Source of the DNA: Patescibacteria group bacterium
Lineage (GTDB): Bacteria; Patescibacteriota; Doudnabacteria; UBA920
NCBI GenBank assembly: GCA_023484515.1
Contig: JAMDAY010000001.1
Coordinates: 758 to 64,757 of the forward strand
Reading direction: 5' to 3'
Length of the DNA stretch: 64,000 bases
The position numbers and the translations under genes were made by a program. The notes beneath the pieces are model-generated. The model made no database searches. It had not been told where the DNA came from and was given only the letters and a program-made list of their open reading frames with translations. This document shows positions 20,330 through 29,826 of the stretch, piece after piece (position 1 is the stretch's first letter; every line of letters starts with the position of its first letter).

Positions 20330-20652
20330 GGCGTTAAGAAACGTGAATAAAAATGTGAATGCAACATGTCTACGGGCGACGTGGATTTTCCGTTTCTTTG
20401 CCTTCGCATTTAGGTGCCGATCCCAAAAAACGTCTGTTAAGAGATGTGGTATTTGTGCATGGTCGTGGATTGGTGCTGATAATGGTGTTTAATTTGATTT
20501 CTATGTTTCCTAATTCAATCCGCCTCTCTCAGACCATAAAAGGTTTTTGAAAAAGTTGTCAACCAAAAATTAAAACAAAAAAACTGCCCTAAAGAGCAGT
20601 TTATTCCAGCAGTTCACACCGGAAAAGCTCAATATTTGCAAGGATTTTTAAC

Positions 20653-20687
20653 TTAGGAAATCTGGCGGTCAAGTGGAGTCGGACCCA
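20653..20687. repeat. att-like junction motif M2 (right half)
   Basis: ttaggaaatctggcggtcaagt-ggagtcggaccc; the last 12 nt equal the tRNA-His T-arm; aligns ungapped with M3. Confidence 0.6.
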
Positions 20688-20698
20688 TATGATTATTT

Positions 20699-21361
20699 TC
20701 ACGACAAGATTTCCGGTTTAAGTTTGTCGGCTTCAGACAAAAAGAAACCGTGCCAATCTTTTTCAGGTAAAGGAGAGACCAACCGGGGCAGGTCAGCCGC
20801 TTGCGTAGCTTTGTTAAATTGGGAACCAAGCTTGAGCAGGTCAATATGCGTGTCAAATTTTAAACGGGCCTTGGCTATAAGATCGGGAATGTTATAGTTG
20901 TATGTTTTGCAAAGTTGGAACAAGTCCATATAGTCCCTGGCCGCAGTGCGCTGGTAAATCGTGAAAAGCTTGTTGACCGCAATGTCCAGGGAACTGTCAA
21001 TTTGCACTCCGTACTCGGTTTTGCCTTTATCCATCCTGGTAAAGGGAAAGTATGTAAATTCTGTTTTTAAGGTGGAATTGTCCTTAAGAGTGAGAAAAAG
21101 CAGGTTACGGTTAAAACTGGTTTGAAATTCCGTTTTTTTGATATTCAACAAATCGCCGTTTTTTTTAAGAAAAGTTTGGATGGCGAGAATATCAACCTCG
21201 TTTTCGGAAAAAAAATCCAAGTCTTCGGAATAACGGTAGGGGATATAAAAACCGGCCAACGCCGTGCCGCCGGTCAGGTAAAAAGAACCGGCAAGACGGT
21301 GTTCCTGGCCCAGGATTCCCAAAAATTTTATCTGGTGACCGGTCAAGATGCTATTGGCCAT
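20699..21361 (-). CDS. AbiEii/AbiGii-family nucleotidyltransferase toxin
   Basis: FYLTGGTALAGFY..YRYSEDLDFF, NK, RDYMD. Confidence 0.9.
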   Translation of the reverse strand: MANSILTGHQIKFLGILGQEHRLAGSFYLTGGTALAGFYIPYRYSEDLDFFSENEVDILAIQTFLKKNGDLLNIKKTEFQTSFNRNLLFLTLKDNSTLKTEFTYFPFTRMDKGKTEYGVQIDSSLDIAVNKLFTIYQRTAARDYMDLFQLCKTYNYNIPDLIAKARLKFDTHIDLLKLGSQFNKATQAADLPRLVSPLPEKDWHGFFLSEADKLKPEILS

Positions 21362-21548
21362 AAATCAGGCGTCCCAAATACTTTTTTTTGTCAGGGTCAA
21401 TGTTAAGGCGGTCCCAATATTTTTTTAATTTTTTTTCTTCTAGTTTTTCTCCATCCAAACCAAAATTGACCATTTGTTCCAATTCCCAAATGGCCAGTTT
21501 TTCAGGATCTGTTTTTAGCCGATTAATATCGGTTGACCAGTTTTTCAT
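21351..21548 (-). CDS. Small putative antitoxin partner of AbiEii
   Basis: MKNWS.D...W.LEQMVNFGL; overlaps the toxin start. Confidence 0.65.
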   Translation of the reverse strand: MKNWSTDINRLKTDPEKLAIWELEQMVNFGLDGEKLEEKKLKKYWDRLNIDPDKKKYLGRLIYGQ

Positions 21549-21629
21549 ATATGTATTATAGCATTTTTAAGCGTAAAATTCAACGGCTCAACGCGTTGAG
21601 CCGTTAAAAACAAGGGTTTTTTTGATACG

Positions 21630-22046
21630 CTAATCGCTTAAAAGTTGATTATGCAATACCGCTTCCAATAATTTCTGGTGGCCATAAAATAAAGGTTCGG
21701 GTAGTTTATCTATACTAAACCATTCCCAACCTTCGCACTTATTAGGTTCTGTATTTTTAGGTTCACCGAAAACATTTTTGGCCAAAAACACTAAATGAAT
21801 CCAATGTTCGTCTCCTGGGCGCGGGTCGTTGGTGATATTGACGAACTCTAATTCGTCGGCTGAAAGTCCTGTTTCCTCCAACAACTCCCGTTTGGCTCCG
21901 GCAATCATAGATTCTCCTGGTTCCAAATGCCCGCCAGGCAATCCCCATTGTCCGTTACCAACTTTCACCAGCCGTTTTCCAAAAAGAATTTTATCGCCGT
22001 TCCTAACTACGACAACTACACCTATTCCGATAGAATTTTTATCCAT
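21630..22046 (-). CDS. NUDIX hydrolase (NUDT15-like)
   Basis: PGGHLEPGE...AKRELLEETG; EPNKCEGWEW. Confidence 0.92.
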   Translation of the reverse strand: MDKNSIGIGVVVVVRNGDKILFGKRLVKVGNGQWGLPGGHLEPGESMIAGAKRELLEETGLSADELEFVNITNDPRPGDEHWIHLVFLAKNVFGEPKNTEPNKCEGWEWFSIDKLPEPLFYGHQKLLEAVLHNQLLSD

Positions 22047-22494
22047 TATTTTGCTTTATTTCTTTTGCTAAGTTTTTTAGCTCTTCCACGTCGGCCTGCG
22101 GGCCTAACTGGGTGGAAATATAGCCTTCATAACGGTCAAAATACACCCTGTCTTTTGCCCACATTTCCTTAAACTTTTCATCCAAACCGTATAGGGGATA
22201 GAGCTTGATATGGGTGTGGTTAATTCCCAACCCTTCCATAACCATTGCAACCCTTTGGACGTTTAAGCCTTTTTCCAATATGCCAGCAACCTTTTTGGCG
22301 GCCAACAAAAATTCCTGATACTCTTTGTCTGGTATATCAAAAGCATAGGAATCAAAATGTTGTTTGGTTAAGACCAAGGCCATTCCCTTGGTATTGGGGT
22401 TTACGTCCAAAATCGCCAAGAACTTCTCGTCTTCCCAAAACTTGGCCGAATCAATTTCCCCGTTTACGATTTTGCAAAAGATGCAGTTTTCCAT
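22039..22494 (-). CDS. HIT family protein
   Basis: CIFCKI...HTHIKL. Confidence 0.88.
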   Translation of the reverse strand: MENCIFCKIVNGEIDSAKFWEDEKFLAILDVNPNTKGMALVLTKQHFDSYAFDIPDKEYQEFLLAAKKVAGILEKGLNVQRVAMVMEGLGINHTHIKLYPLYGLDEKFKEMWAKDRVYFDRYEGYISTQLGPQADVEELKNLAKEIKQNNG

Positions 22495-22498
22495 AGAT

Positions 22499-23266
22499 TT
22501 ATAAGTTGCCCTTAATCCACTTATCAAAAATATCCTTAATCTCCTTTAGATGTTCGGGAGCTTTGAATGTGTGAGGCGCTCCTTTGATAATGTGCAGTTC
22601 TTTTTTACCCGGCAATTTTTCAAATAGGGTTTGCTGGTGATTTGGCGGCGTGCTGGTGTCCTTGTCTCCAACTATCATCAATACAGGCATAGTTAGCCTA
22701 TCCACATTATCCAGCAGGTTATACTTTAGGATATCTTCCATATTAGCCCAGTTCACTCGTTTCATCACCCCAGGCTTGGAAGAACTTTCGGATTCCTTAT
22801 ACCCAACCTTTTTCCATTCTTCAATTACTTGTGGCCCATAAGCTTCCCAAGCCAACTTTCCTGATACTGAAGTTGAAATGGGAGCGAGGCCTTTTGTCTG
22901 TTCGGGATATTTTTCTGCATAGAGGCTAATGCAAATACCTCCTAAGCTGTGTCCTGCAAGCCAAAACGGTTCCTGATACCAGCTTTGGGTTTTGGCCCAA
23001 TTAATAACATCTTCTAAATCCTGGTAATAGCTGGTTACGGAAGCGTCTTCCATTTTACCTTCGCTCTCGCCAATGGTGTTTCTGGTATCAAACCTGACTA
23101 CGGTAAGCCCGTTGTTCTTAAAGGCGTCAGCAAAAGTTTGAATATGCGCCTGTTCCTTGAAACCGCCTTGCCCGTGCATAACAAAAGCTAAACCTTTTTG
23201 ATTGGCGGTTTCTTCTATTATTACCGATATTTTTTTGTTATTGCGGTTTTGAATGAAAGTTTTCAT
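22499..23266 (-). CDS. Alpha/beta hydrolase
   Basis: HG, GHSLGG, GDKD, GAPH. Confidence 0.9.
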   Translation of the reverse strand: MKTFIQNRNNKKISVIIEETANQKGLAFVMHGQGGFKEQAHIQTFADAFKNNGLTVVRFDTRNTIGESEGKMEDASVTSYYQDLEDVINWAKTQSWYQEPFWLAGHSLGGICISLYAEKYPEQTKGLAPISTSVSGKLAWEAYGPQVIEEWKKVGYKESESSSKPGVMKRVNWANMEDILKYNLLDNVDRLTMPVLMIVGDKDTSTPPNHQQTLFEKLPGKKELHIIKGAPHTFKAPEHLKEIKDIFDKWIKGNL

Positions 23267-23862
23267 ATAACAATTCCTAAGTTATTAAAATCAGTTAACA
23301 ATTTTTTGTTATCTACAAATAAAATATCGTTTAACCCCAACACCCTTGCCGCTATGACATTGCGTTCGTTGTCGTCCACAAACACTGCTTCGGCAGGCGA
23401 GCAGTTGGCTTTTTGCAGGGCTAATTGGTAAAATTTCGAGTCAGGTTTTTTTATTTTTTCTACGCAGGATAATACCACAAAGTCAAAATGCTCGTAAATT
23501 TTTAACGCTTCGTCAACCATCTTTCTTGGCGGCGTTAAATTGGAAAGTGCTCCGACCGTGTAGTTTTTCCTTAATTTGGAAATTATGTCTACCATTTCCG
23601 TGTTTACTTTCCTGATTTTCAGGGCTTCCTCCAGCCATATGGTTTTTAGGTCAGCTTCGGTATTTACTCCTTTGTTCCTAAAAGTTTCAAATATCTTTTC
23701 AAGGCTAATGTGGCCCATAAGCAGATTATTCCAATTTTCCTTAAAAAACCCAGAGATGAATTCGGGAGGCAAACCTACCCTCTCGGCGAAGTTTGCATAA
23801 ATTTGGTGATAGTTGTCAAAAGTAACCACCCCGCTTATATCAAAAATTATGGATTTTATCAT
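23263..23862 (-). CDS. HAD-family phosphatase
   Basis: IIFDISGV, LSN, KPD, FVDD. Confidence 0.9.
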   Translation of the reverse strand: MIKSIIFDISGVVTFDNYHQIYANFAERVGLPPEFISGFFKENWNNLLMGHISLEKIFETFRNKGVNTEADLKTIWLEEALKIRKVNTEMVDIISKLRKNYTVGALSNLTPPRKMVDEALKIYEHFDFVVLSCVEKIKKPDSKFYQLALQKANCSPAEAVFVDDNERNVIAARVLGLNDILFVDNKKLLTDFNNLGIVI

Positions 23863-23910
23863 AGTTCTATATTTACTGAAATTGGTAAATGGTCAGAGGC
23901 TTTAGAACTT

Positions 23911-24462
23911 TCAACTTTGAATGAATTTGTCATTAATTCTTTTTGCTGATATTGATTTGTAATAATGTAAAAATTTTTCAAGTGTCCAAACGCAGGTTTT
24001 GCCTTCTATGGTCGTGGCGTGCCAAACCAGGGGAGTGTGTTTTGGATAATCTTCCCCTTCGGGTAAAATTTGGGACAGTTCGCTGTCAAATTCACCCAAA
24101 TAAATTGCGGTATGCAAATGTAATATCCATTCGTCTTCTGTAGGAAAAGTATCTTTATCTTTGTTTAACAGTTGTTCTTTCTTGCCCCTAAGATTTTGAG
24201 CGTATATTACAGCGCCTCTGTTCAGCTTACCGAAGTCAATAGGCTCTTCCTTGAATATAAACTTCCCGGTATTTTTGTAACCCTCGGGCAACAGTATTTG
24301 CTCAGGTTTTAGGAAAAGCGAATGGACGTAATAAAAATAGAGCTGTAACGCCGTGCGGCAATTCCCTTTGGTAAAGTTACTATCCAGTAGTTCTGGGCTT
24401 TGTAATGGCCCACTGCCTTTCTCGTATTCGTAATTAAAATTTTTAAGCCTTTTTGGAATCAT
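23911..24462 (-). CDS. Hypothetical protein, NlpC/P60-like papain fold
   Basis: GNC...LHTAIYLG...VWHAT, matching the Cys-His-His order of NlpC/P60. Confidence 0.5.
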   Translation of the reverse strand: MIPKRLKNFNYEYEKGSGPLQSPELLDSNFTKGNCRTALQLYFYYVHSLFLKPEQILLPEGYKNTGKFIFKEEPIDFGKLNRGAVIYAQNLRGKKEQLLNKDKDTFPTEDEWILHLHTAIYLGEFDSELSQILPEGEDYPKHTPLVWHATTIEGKTCVWTLEKFLHYYKSISAKRINDKFIQS

Positions 24463-24469
24463 GAACTGC

Positions 24470-24594
24470 TTTAATTATACCAAAAAATCGCCGGCTTGCC
24501 ACGTCGGTCACGACCGATACGTGGCTTGTCCGTCCGTAGTCCGCCAGAGGCGGACGAAGGAGGATTAGGCGATTTGGAGTAATTGCGTATATTT
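24470..24594. repeat. 125-bp direct repeat, copy 1 (promoter plus nested hairpins)
   Basis: 117/125 identical to 26762-26886. Confidence 0.92.
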
Positions 24595-24610
24595 GTTGCA
24601 CTCAAGTAAC

Positions 24611-24675
24611 TTGATTTGCTTCCAGAGCTTAAGGTTTTCTTTAGGTAAGTGATTGGTTAAATGGAATTGAACCCG
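24611..24675. repeat. att-like junction motif M3
   Basis: Ungapped match to M1, including the 16-nt and 4-nt spacers. Confidence 0.75.
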
Positions 24676-24695
24676 CACTTTCTTAAGCACGAAAA

Positions 24696-24980
24696 TTAGG
24701 AGATGGAAATGCGCAATTTGGCATCCAAAGCATCAGCCAGACGATAGAGGAATTGCAGGGATGGGCTAAAGTCGCCACGTTCTAAACGAGAGATGACGGG
24801 CTGCTTGGTTTTGGCTTTTTTAGCCAGTTCTTTTTGGGTCAAGCCTTCTTTTAACCGTTTGGCGATAATCATTTCCACCACGGCAAACTCCGGGCCTAAG
24901 TCTTTGTAGGCTTTCTTGATTTCCTTGTCCTTTAAGAGCTGTTTTTTGAAGTTTTTATAGTTATTCATAATATACTCCAT
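24696..24980 (-). CDS. HTH antitoxin (HigA-like)
   Basis: GLTQKELA....TKQPVISRLERG..SPSLQFL; downstream of a RelE-like toxin. Confidence 0.85.
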   Translation of the reverse strand: MEYIMNNYKNFKKQLLKDKEIKKAYKDLGPEFAVVEMIIAKRLKEGLTQKELAKKAKTKQPVISRLERGDFSPSLQFLYRLADALDAKLRISIS

Positions 24981-25017
24981 AGATTATATTAATATTATAC
25001 TCTATAGGTTATATCTG

Positions 25018-25326
25018 TCAAGACGTTAAATTTTGGCATTTGTTACGGGCTTTAGCTAGTTCGCTTGGCGGTGTCTTTTGGGTTTTCTTAATAAAGCCAG
25101 ATAGCAGATAAATTGTACCTTTTTGAAAGCAATAAAATATCCTGACTTCCTGCTGGCCTCTTACCCGCAATTCAAAAAGGTCGTTTGCTACTTTCTTGCT
25201 ATGCGGCATACTAAGATTAAAGGTAAACTTTTCCAGCAAATCCAAAGTCCTTAAAGTTTTGGCAATAGTTGACTTTTCCAGGGAAGAAATAAATTCTTCC
25301 ACTTCAGGGTCAATATGGATTTGCAT
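25018..25326 (-). CDS. RelE/HigB (Gp49-like) toxin
   Basis: MPHSKKV...LFELRV...RIFY...FIKKTQKTP. Confidence 0.9.
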   Translation of the reverse strand: MQIHIDPEVEEFISSLEKSTIAKTLRTLDLLEKFTFNLSMPHSKKVANDLFELRVRGQQEVRIFYCFQKGTIYLLSGFIKKTQKTPPSELAKARNKCQNLTS

Positions 25327-25369
25327 AATTTTGGTGTGATTTTTTGGTGACTAATTTCAAGCAACCAGA

Positions 25370-26737
25370 TTATAAGGACAGAGTTTTTGTTAAAGCTGGG
25401 GAGGTGGATTCAAAACAGCCGTCCTTTGATGGGCTAATTTTATTGACAGTATAGGTTAAATTATTCTGCTGGTTATTTATTTTTACAATAGAATACGTAA
25501 AACCTGGTTCGCCGACCAGCTTGGTGATTTTTCCGCTCTCAATATCTTTTAGGATAATTCCTTCGCCAACGCTTTCGCCCATAGTTCCGCAAATTCCCGT
25601 ATTGGGATTAAAGTCAGTGTAAACTACTTTGTCATAAGAATCTAAAAATATGGCGTCTCCGTATGCCAAGTTTTCCATATTGCCGCCATTCGGGCTAATA
25701 GAAAAATACCAGTAACGGGTGTATCCTCCAGACCCGCAAGCCGTGGGGTTGCCCAATTCCAAAACAATCTTGTCGACGTTTTTAGACCAGGCAAGGGGGA
25801 AGGGAACAAGGGGGCATCCTCCTGCATGGGCTTCTTTGGCCAATAGATTTTGATACCACGATACCGGTTCAGGATAGGAGTATACTTTTTTAACTACGCC
25901 CGTTGTTAGATTTTTTACAAAGACATTATATTTCCAATCTCGGCAAGTATCACTTTCGGCAATATTGTAGCTGTTAGCCGCCTTAATGCAGTCGCTGATT
26001 TCAGAATAAACTATTTTACTTTTATCCTGGGACGCTATAGAGGTAGTTATAATGTATCCTTTGGTCGGGCTTAGCTTGAAATTATAATCTTTCTGCCGGA
26101 GTTCTTTTGGCAAATTGGCAAAAATATTATCAACATCAAAGCTGGAGATAATCTCATCGTAAATGTTTTCAAATTCGGGATTTTTAATAGGCATAGAGCC
26201 TATTACATAAATGCCGTTGGTAAAACCTGTATATTGTATACAGCGCGTATCAGGCTCATTTTTATATATGGCTTTGGCAATTTTTGTTTCTCCTACACGC
26301 AAGGTGCTGTTGCTAATCCATTTTGAGTTTTCGCCGCAACCAGAGCCGGGAAAATTTAGAAGGACTGTAAAGAAAGCTTTGTCATCTTTAGTCAGAGTTG
26401 TTTTTAAAGCGTATTCCGGTTCTCCATTTTCTCCAGGCAGTGTGCCGCCTTCGCCTCCCTTCAATTTAAAATCAGAAGGAAAATCAAAGCTGAATTTTTT
26501 TGTTGTATTTGCGTATGTTTTCCAACCGGTCTTTTGGCTGTCAGAGATTATATAATCTTGTTTAACGGCTTCTGTGTTGGTTGACTGCTGTGCATTCGGA
26601 TTTCCAAGATTCGGCCTGCTCTGGAGAGGAATATTGGCTTGAGATTGAGTACCTTGTTCATTTTCTGGCTGTTGGATTTTATTGCACCCCGCCGCTACTA
26701 ATAGAATGATTGAAAAAGCAAGTATAAAATTTTTCAT
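25370..26737 (-). CDS. Putative lipoprotein (PsbP-like N-domain plus beta-propeller-like domain)
   Basis: Lipobox LVAAGC; WKTY.N...FSF.FP; paired Cys. Confidence 0.6.
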   Translation of the reverse strand: MKNFILAFSIILLVAAGCNKIQQPENEQGTQSQANIPLQSRPNLGNPNAQQSTNTEAVKQDYIISDSQKTGWKTYANTTKKFSFDFPSDFKLKGGEGGTLPGENGEPEYALKTTLTKDDKAFFTVLLNFPGSGCGENSKWISNSTLRVGETKIAKAIYKNEPDTRCIQYTGFTNGIYVIGSMPIKNPEFENIYDEIISSFDVDNIFANLPKELRQKDYNFKLSPTKGYIITTSIASQDKSKIVYSEISDCIKAANSYNIAESDTCRDWKYNVFVKNLTTGVVKKVYSYPEPVSWYQNLLAKEAHAGGCPLVPFPLAWSKNVDKIVLELGNPTACGSGGYTRYWYFSISPNGGNMENLAYGDAIFLDSYDKVVYTDFNPNTGICGTMGESVGEGIILKDIESGKITKLVGEPGFTYSIVKINNQQNNLTYTVNKISPSKDGCFESTSPALTKTLSL

Positions 26738-26761
26738 AAAAAATGCCCTAGTGTTCCTTTG

Positions 26762-26886
26762 TTTAATTATACCAAAAAATCGCCAGCTTGCCACGTCGGT
26801 CACAATCGATACGCGGCTTGTCCGTCCGTAGTCCGCCAGAGGCGGACAAAGGAGGATTAGGCGATTTGGAATAATTGGATATATTT
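26762..26886. repeat. 125-bp direct repeat, copy 2
   Basis: See 24470-24594. Confidence 0.92.
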
Positions 26887-26903
26887 ATGACAACCCGGCC
26901 AAA

Positions 26904-27167
26904 TTAACTTGTTTCCAATTTTAAATTTAACTTGTCTGCCACCTGCTTAAACCACAAATCGTGGCGGTCAAGCCTGGCCCTCATCATCGCCATTTCCGTA
27001 TTCCAACTTTTAACATCCTTGGCTATGGAATCCAGGGCTGTGGTGTGGTTGTTTAAGGTTTCCGTATGGCTGGCCAGGGTTTCTTCCATTGCAGCCAATT
27101 TTGTGTTAATAGGTTCCAGCTTGTTGTCAAGCAATAACTCAATGTTTTGTAGGGTGAGTTCCGGCAT
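26904..27167 (-). CDS. Small coiled-coil hypothetical protein
   Basis: Heptad repeats; C-terminus resembles 62711-62950. Confidence 0.6.
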   Translation of the reverse strand: MPELTLQNIELLLDNKLEPINTKLAAMEETLASHTETLNNHTTALDSIAKDVKSWNTEMAMMRARLDRHDLWFKQVADKLNLKLETS

Positions 27168-27301
27168 ATTTTCAGGTTTAATTAAATAATTCAACCATCT
27201 TTATTGTATTACTTATGACGAATTAGTCAAATGTTGGTGATAGAGATGACTTAAACATTACGTGGAGTATATAATTCAGGTATTAGCCGTATTCTAGTAA
27301 C

Positions 27302-27366
27302 TAGATTTTATTCCAGAGTTGGATATTTTCTTTAAGGAAGCGATTGCTTAGTTGGAATCACTCGCC
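27302..27366. repeat. att-like junction motif M4
   Basis: GATTT-n2-TTCCAGAG-n16-AGGAAGCGATTGCTT-n4-GGAAT; abuts the permease stop. Confidence 0.7.
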
Positions 27367-27367
27367 C

Positions 27368-28336
27368 TTATTTGAGGAGCAGATTAAACAGCAGGCCGGT
27401 GAAGATTATGCCGGTGCTAACGATAGCGGCAAAGAGCAGGATGAGTTTGGTTTTCATCACTTTTTTCAGAATCATAAATTCAGGTAGCGATAAAGCCGTT
27501 ACGGACATCATAAAAGCTAAAGTCGTTCCCATAGCCACACCTTTTTCAGTTAAGGCAGAAACTAATGGGATAACGCCAGCGGCGTTAGAATATAGCGGGA
27601 TGCCAATTAAAACGGCCAGCGGCACGCCATACCATTTGCTACTGCCAGCAAATCTCGCCAAAAAGTCAGTCGGCACGTAACCGTGTATCCAGGCTCCCAC
27701 GCCAACGCCGATTATGATATACGGCCAAATTTTTTTCAGAATATCCAAGGTGTAGTCCTTGGCGTAAGCGAATCGTTCTATCCAAGACATTTGTGGTAAA
27801 ACCGTATTCGTATTCAAAGAATTTTGGAAGACAAAGGCTTCCACTAAACTCTCGGGGTTTAATTTGCCAATGACAATGCCAGATAAGATGGCAATAACAA
27901 GTCCGCTGACAATATAAATTAAGGCAATTTTCCAGCCGAATAATCCCAAAAGCAGGACTAAAGCCACTTCGTTTATCATTGGCGAGGCGACCAAAAAGGA
28001 AAAAGTCGTGCCCAGCGGCACGCCTGCCTGCACAAAGCCCAGGAAGAGGGGAATGGCCGAGCAGGAACAAAAAGGAGTGAATATTCCCAAAACCGAGGCG
28101 ATGACATTGCCCGTGTATTTGCTTTTGCCTGAAAGTAGCTTGCGGGTTTTCTCCGGCGGCAGGAACGAGCGGATAATCGACACCACGAAAATAATGACCG
28201 TTAAAAGGATAAAAATTTTTAGCGTATCATAAACAAAAAAGTTGACCGCATCGGCTAAAAGGGTTTGTGGGGCAATACGGAAAACAGAATAGGTCAGCCA
28301 GTCGACAAGCAGTTGGAGGGGGTAAAAAATACTCAT
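27368..28336 (-). CDS. DUF318/ArsP-family permease
   Basis: TPFCSCSAIP, ASPMINE, GIPLY, LSLPE. Confidence 0.9.
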   Translation of the reverse strand: MSIFYPLQLLVDWLTYSVFRIAPQTLLADAVNFFVYDTLKIFILLTVIIFVVSIIRSFLPPEKTRKLLSGKSKYTGNVIASVLGIFTPFCSCSAIPLFLGFVQAGVPLGTTFSFLVASPMINEVALVLLLGLFGWKIALIYIVSGLVIAILSGIVIGKLNPESLVEAFVFQNSLNTNTVLPQMSWIERFAYAKDYTLDILKKIWPYIIIGVGVGAWIHGYVPTDFLARFAGSSKWYGVPLAVLIGIPLYSNAAGVIPLVSALTEKGVAMGTTLAFMMSVTALSLPEFMILKKVMKTKLILLFAAIVSTGIIFTGLLFNLLLK

Positions 28337-28337
28337 T

Positions 28338-28580
28338 TTAGGAAATTTGTTTCTTTATAACCGTTTTAATTTTTTCCACATCAGGCGTAAAACCGACTAA
28401 GGCGGGCTTGCCGTTTATAGCCAAAACAGGACTGGACATTAGGCCCATGTTCAAAATCTGTTGGATATCCTTTACGTATTCCACTTCATCAGCAATATTC
28501 AATTCAGCGGCGGCTTGTTTGGTTATTTCAAACAGTTTTTCGCAGGTCGGGCAACCTGAACCCAAAACTTGGATTTTCAT
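28338..28580 (-). CDS. Small redox-active thioredoxin-like protein
   Basis: MKIQVLGSGCPTC...SPVLAING. Confidence 0.9.
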   Translation of the reverse strand: MKIQVLGSGCPTCEKLFEITKQAAAELNIADEVEYVKDIQQILNMGLMSSPVLAINGKPALVGFTPDVEKIKTVIKKQIS

Positions 28581-28602
28581 AATTTTATGATCGGTTAATT
28601 GT

Positions 28603-28926
28603 TCAAAATAGCTTCATTAGATTGGAAACAATCTTTTTCCCTTTGGCAGTCAGACCGTATTCAATAAATTTTCCGTCTTTTTTGCTGTTTACCAAATCGC
28701 CTCCCATTAAGTCCGCTAAATGGTGGGAAATTAAGGTCTGGGACAATTTGGTATGGGCTGCAATGTCGCAAACGCAGTGAGGAGACTGTTTTAAGAGCAA
28801 TAAGATGTTGAGCCGGGAAGGCACGGAAACCAGTTTTAATAACCGCGCTACCGGCATTACCCGGCTGTCGGGAAAATCTTTATTGACTGCGCATTCTTTG
28901 CAGGTGCAGCGTTGACGTATGAACAT
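28603..28926 (-). CDS. ArsR/SmtB regulator
   Basis: SRLNIL, CVCD, SQTLISHHL. Confidence 0.9.
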   Translation of the reverse strand: MFIRQRCTCKECAVNKDFPDSRVMPVARLLKLVSVPSRLNILLLLKQSPHCVCDIAAHTKLSQTLISHHLADLMGGDLVNSKKDGKFIEYGLTAKGKKIVSNLMKLF

Positions 28927-29013
28927 ATATTCATATATTAGCCCAGGTAAAAAAATATGTCAAATTAAAACCGCCTACTAAGCCAGGCGGTTTAAGAAAC
29001 TTTTCGCATTAAT

Positions 29014-29811
29014 TCATATAAACAGCAAAGCTACAAGCGGGGTAATTACGTGAATCACGATATCAGCTGAAAAATGGGCAATAATGGCAGATTCCAGGCC
29101 TTTTTTCCAAAACAACCAGCCGAAAATTATGCCGGGAACGCCGTTAAGGAAGATTGCCCTAAGAATTACCACAGGAGTTATGGCGGTAATGTCTGCCGTA
29201 ATCGGCAAATGGCCCAGGCCAAAAAGAATCGCGGCCAAAATTATTGACAGCCAAATGCCAATATTGGTTGGACGGCCTTCGCGCGTCTTTTTAAATTTCA
29301 TAAAAATCCAGGCGAATAAACTGACCAAAAACAGCCGGCACAGAATTTCTTCCGCTATCCCGCCGTAAAACGACGCTAAAAATCCTTTCCAAGCAGCCGC
29401 TGCCGCCTCGGCTCTTAAAAATTCAACTGACAAATTTCCAAAAGGCACACTTAATAGTATTATTAATAATCCCCCCAATATACCCAAACCAACAGAAAGG
29501 CCAAGAATGGATTTTAAGTACCCGCCCTGCTTTTCCCCCTTTAACCAGCCTTCCAAGACCGGCAGGTTAAAACCAACACGCTTGGATAGAATCAGGCCAA
29601 AAAATATTGCGATAGAAAAGAATACAATAGCCTGGACAAACGCCGCAACAAGCAGGGCCGGGCTGAACAATTCTGACATAGCCGGGATAATCGCGAATTC
29701 ATATGGCAGCACCAAAAACGATGCCACAACGCAAGCGGCAAGCAAAATAAAAAATAATTTCCAATTGATTATGTTTTTCATTATTTTGTTTATTAATTTC
29801 AAAATCGACAT
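29014..29811 (-). CDS. CPBP/Abi intramembrane metalloprotease
   Basis: EEILCR, FGLGH, AHFSAD. Confidence 0.9.
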   Translation of the reverse strand: MSILKLINKIMKNIINWKLFFILLAACVVASFLVLPYEFAIIPAMSELFSPALLVAAFVQAIVFFSIAIFFGLILSKRVGFNLPVLEGWLKGEKQGGYLKSILGLSVGLGILGGLLIILLSVPFGNLSVEFLRAEAAAAAWKGFLASFYGGIAEEILCRLFLVSLFAWIFMKFKKTREGRPTNIGIWLSIILAAILFGLGHLPITADITAITPVVILRAIFLNGVPGIIFGWLFWKKGLESAIIAHFSADIVIHVITPLVALLFI

Positions 29812-29826
29812 TTAAGCCGTAAGGAT

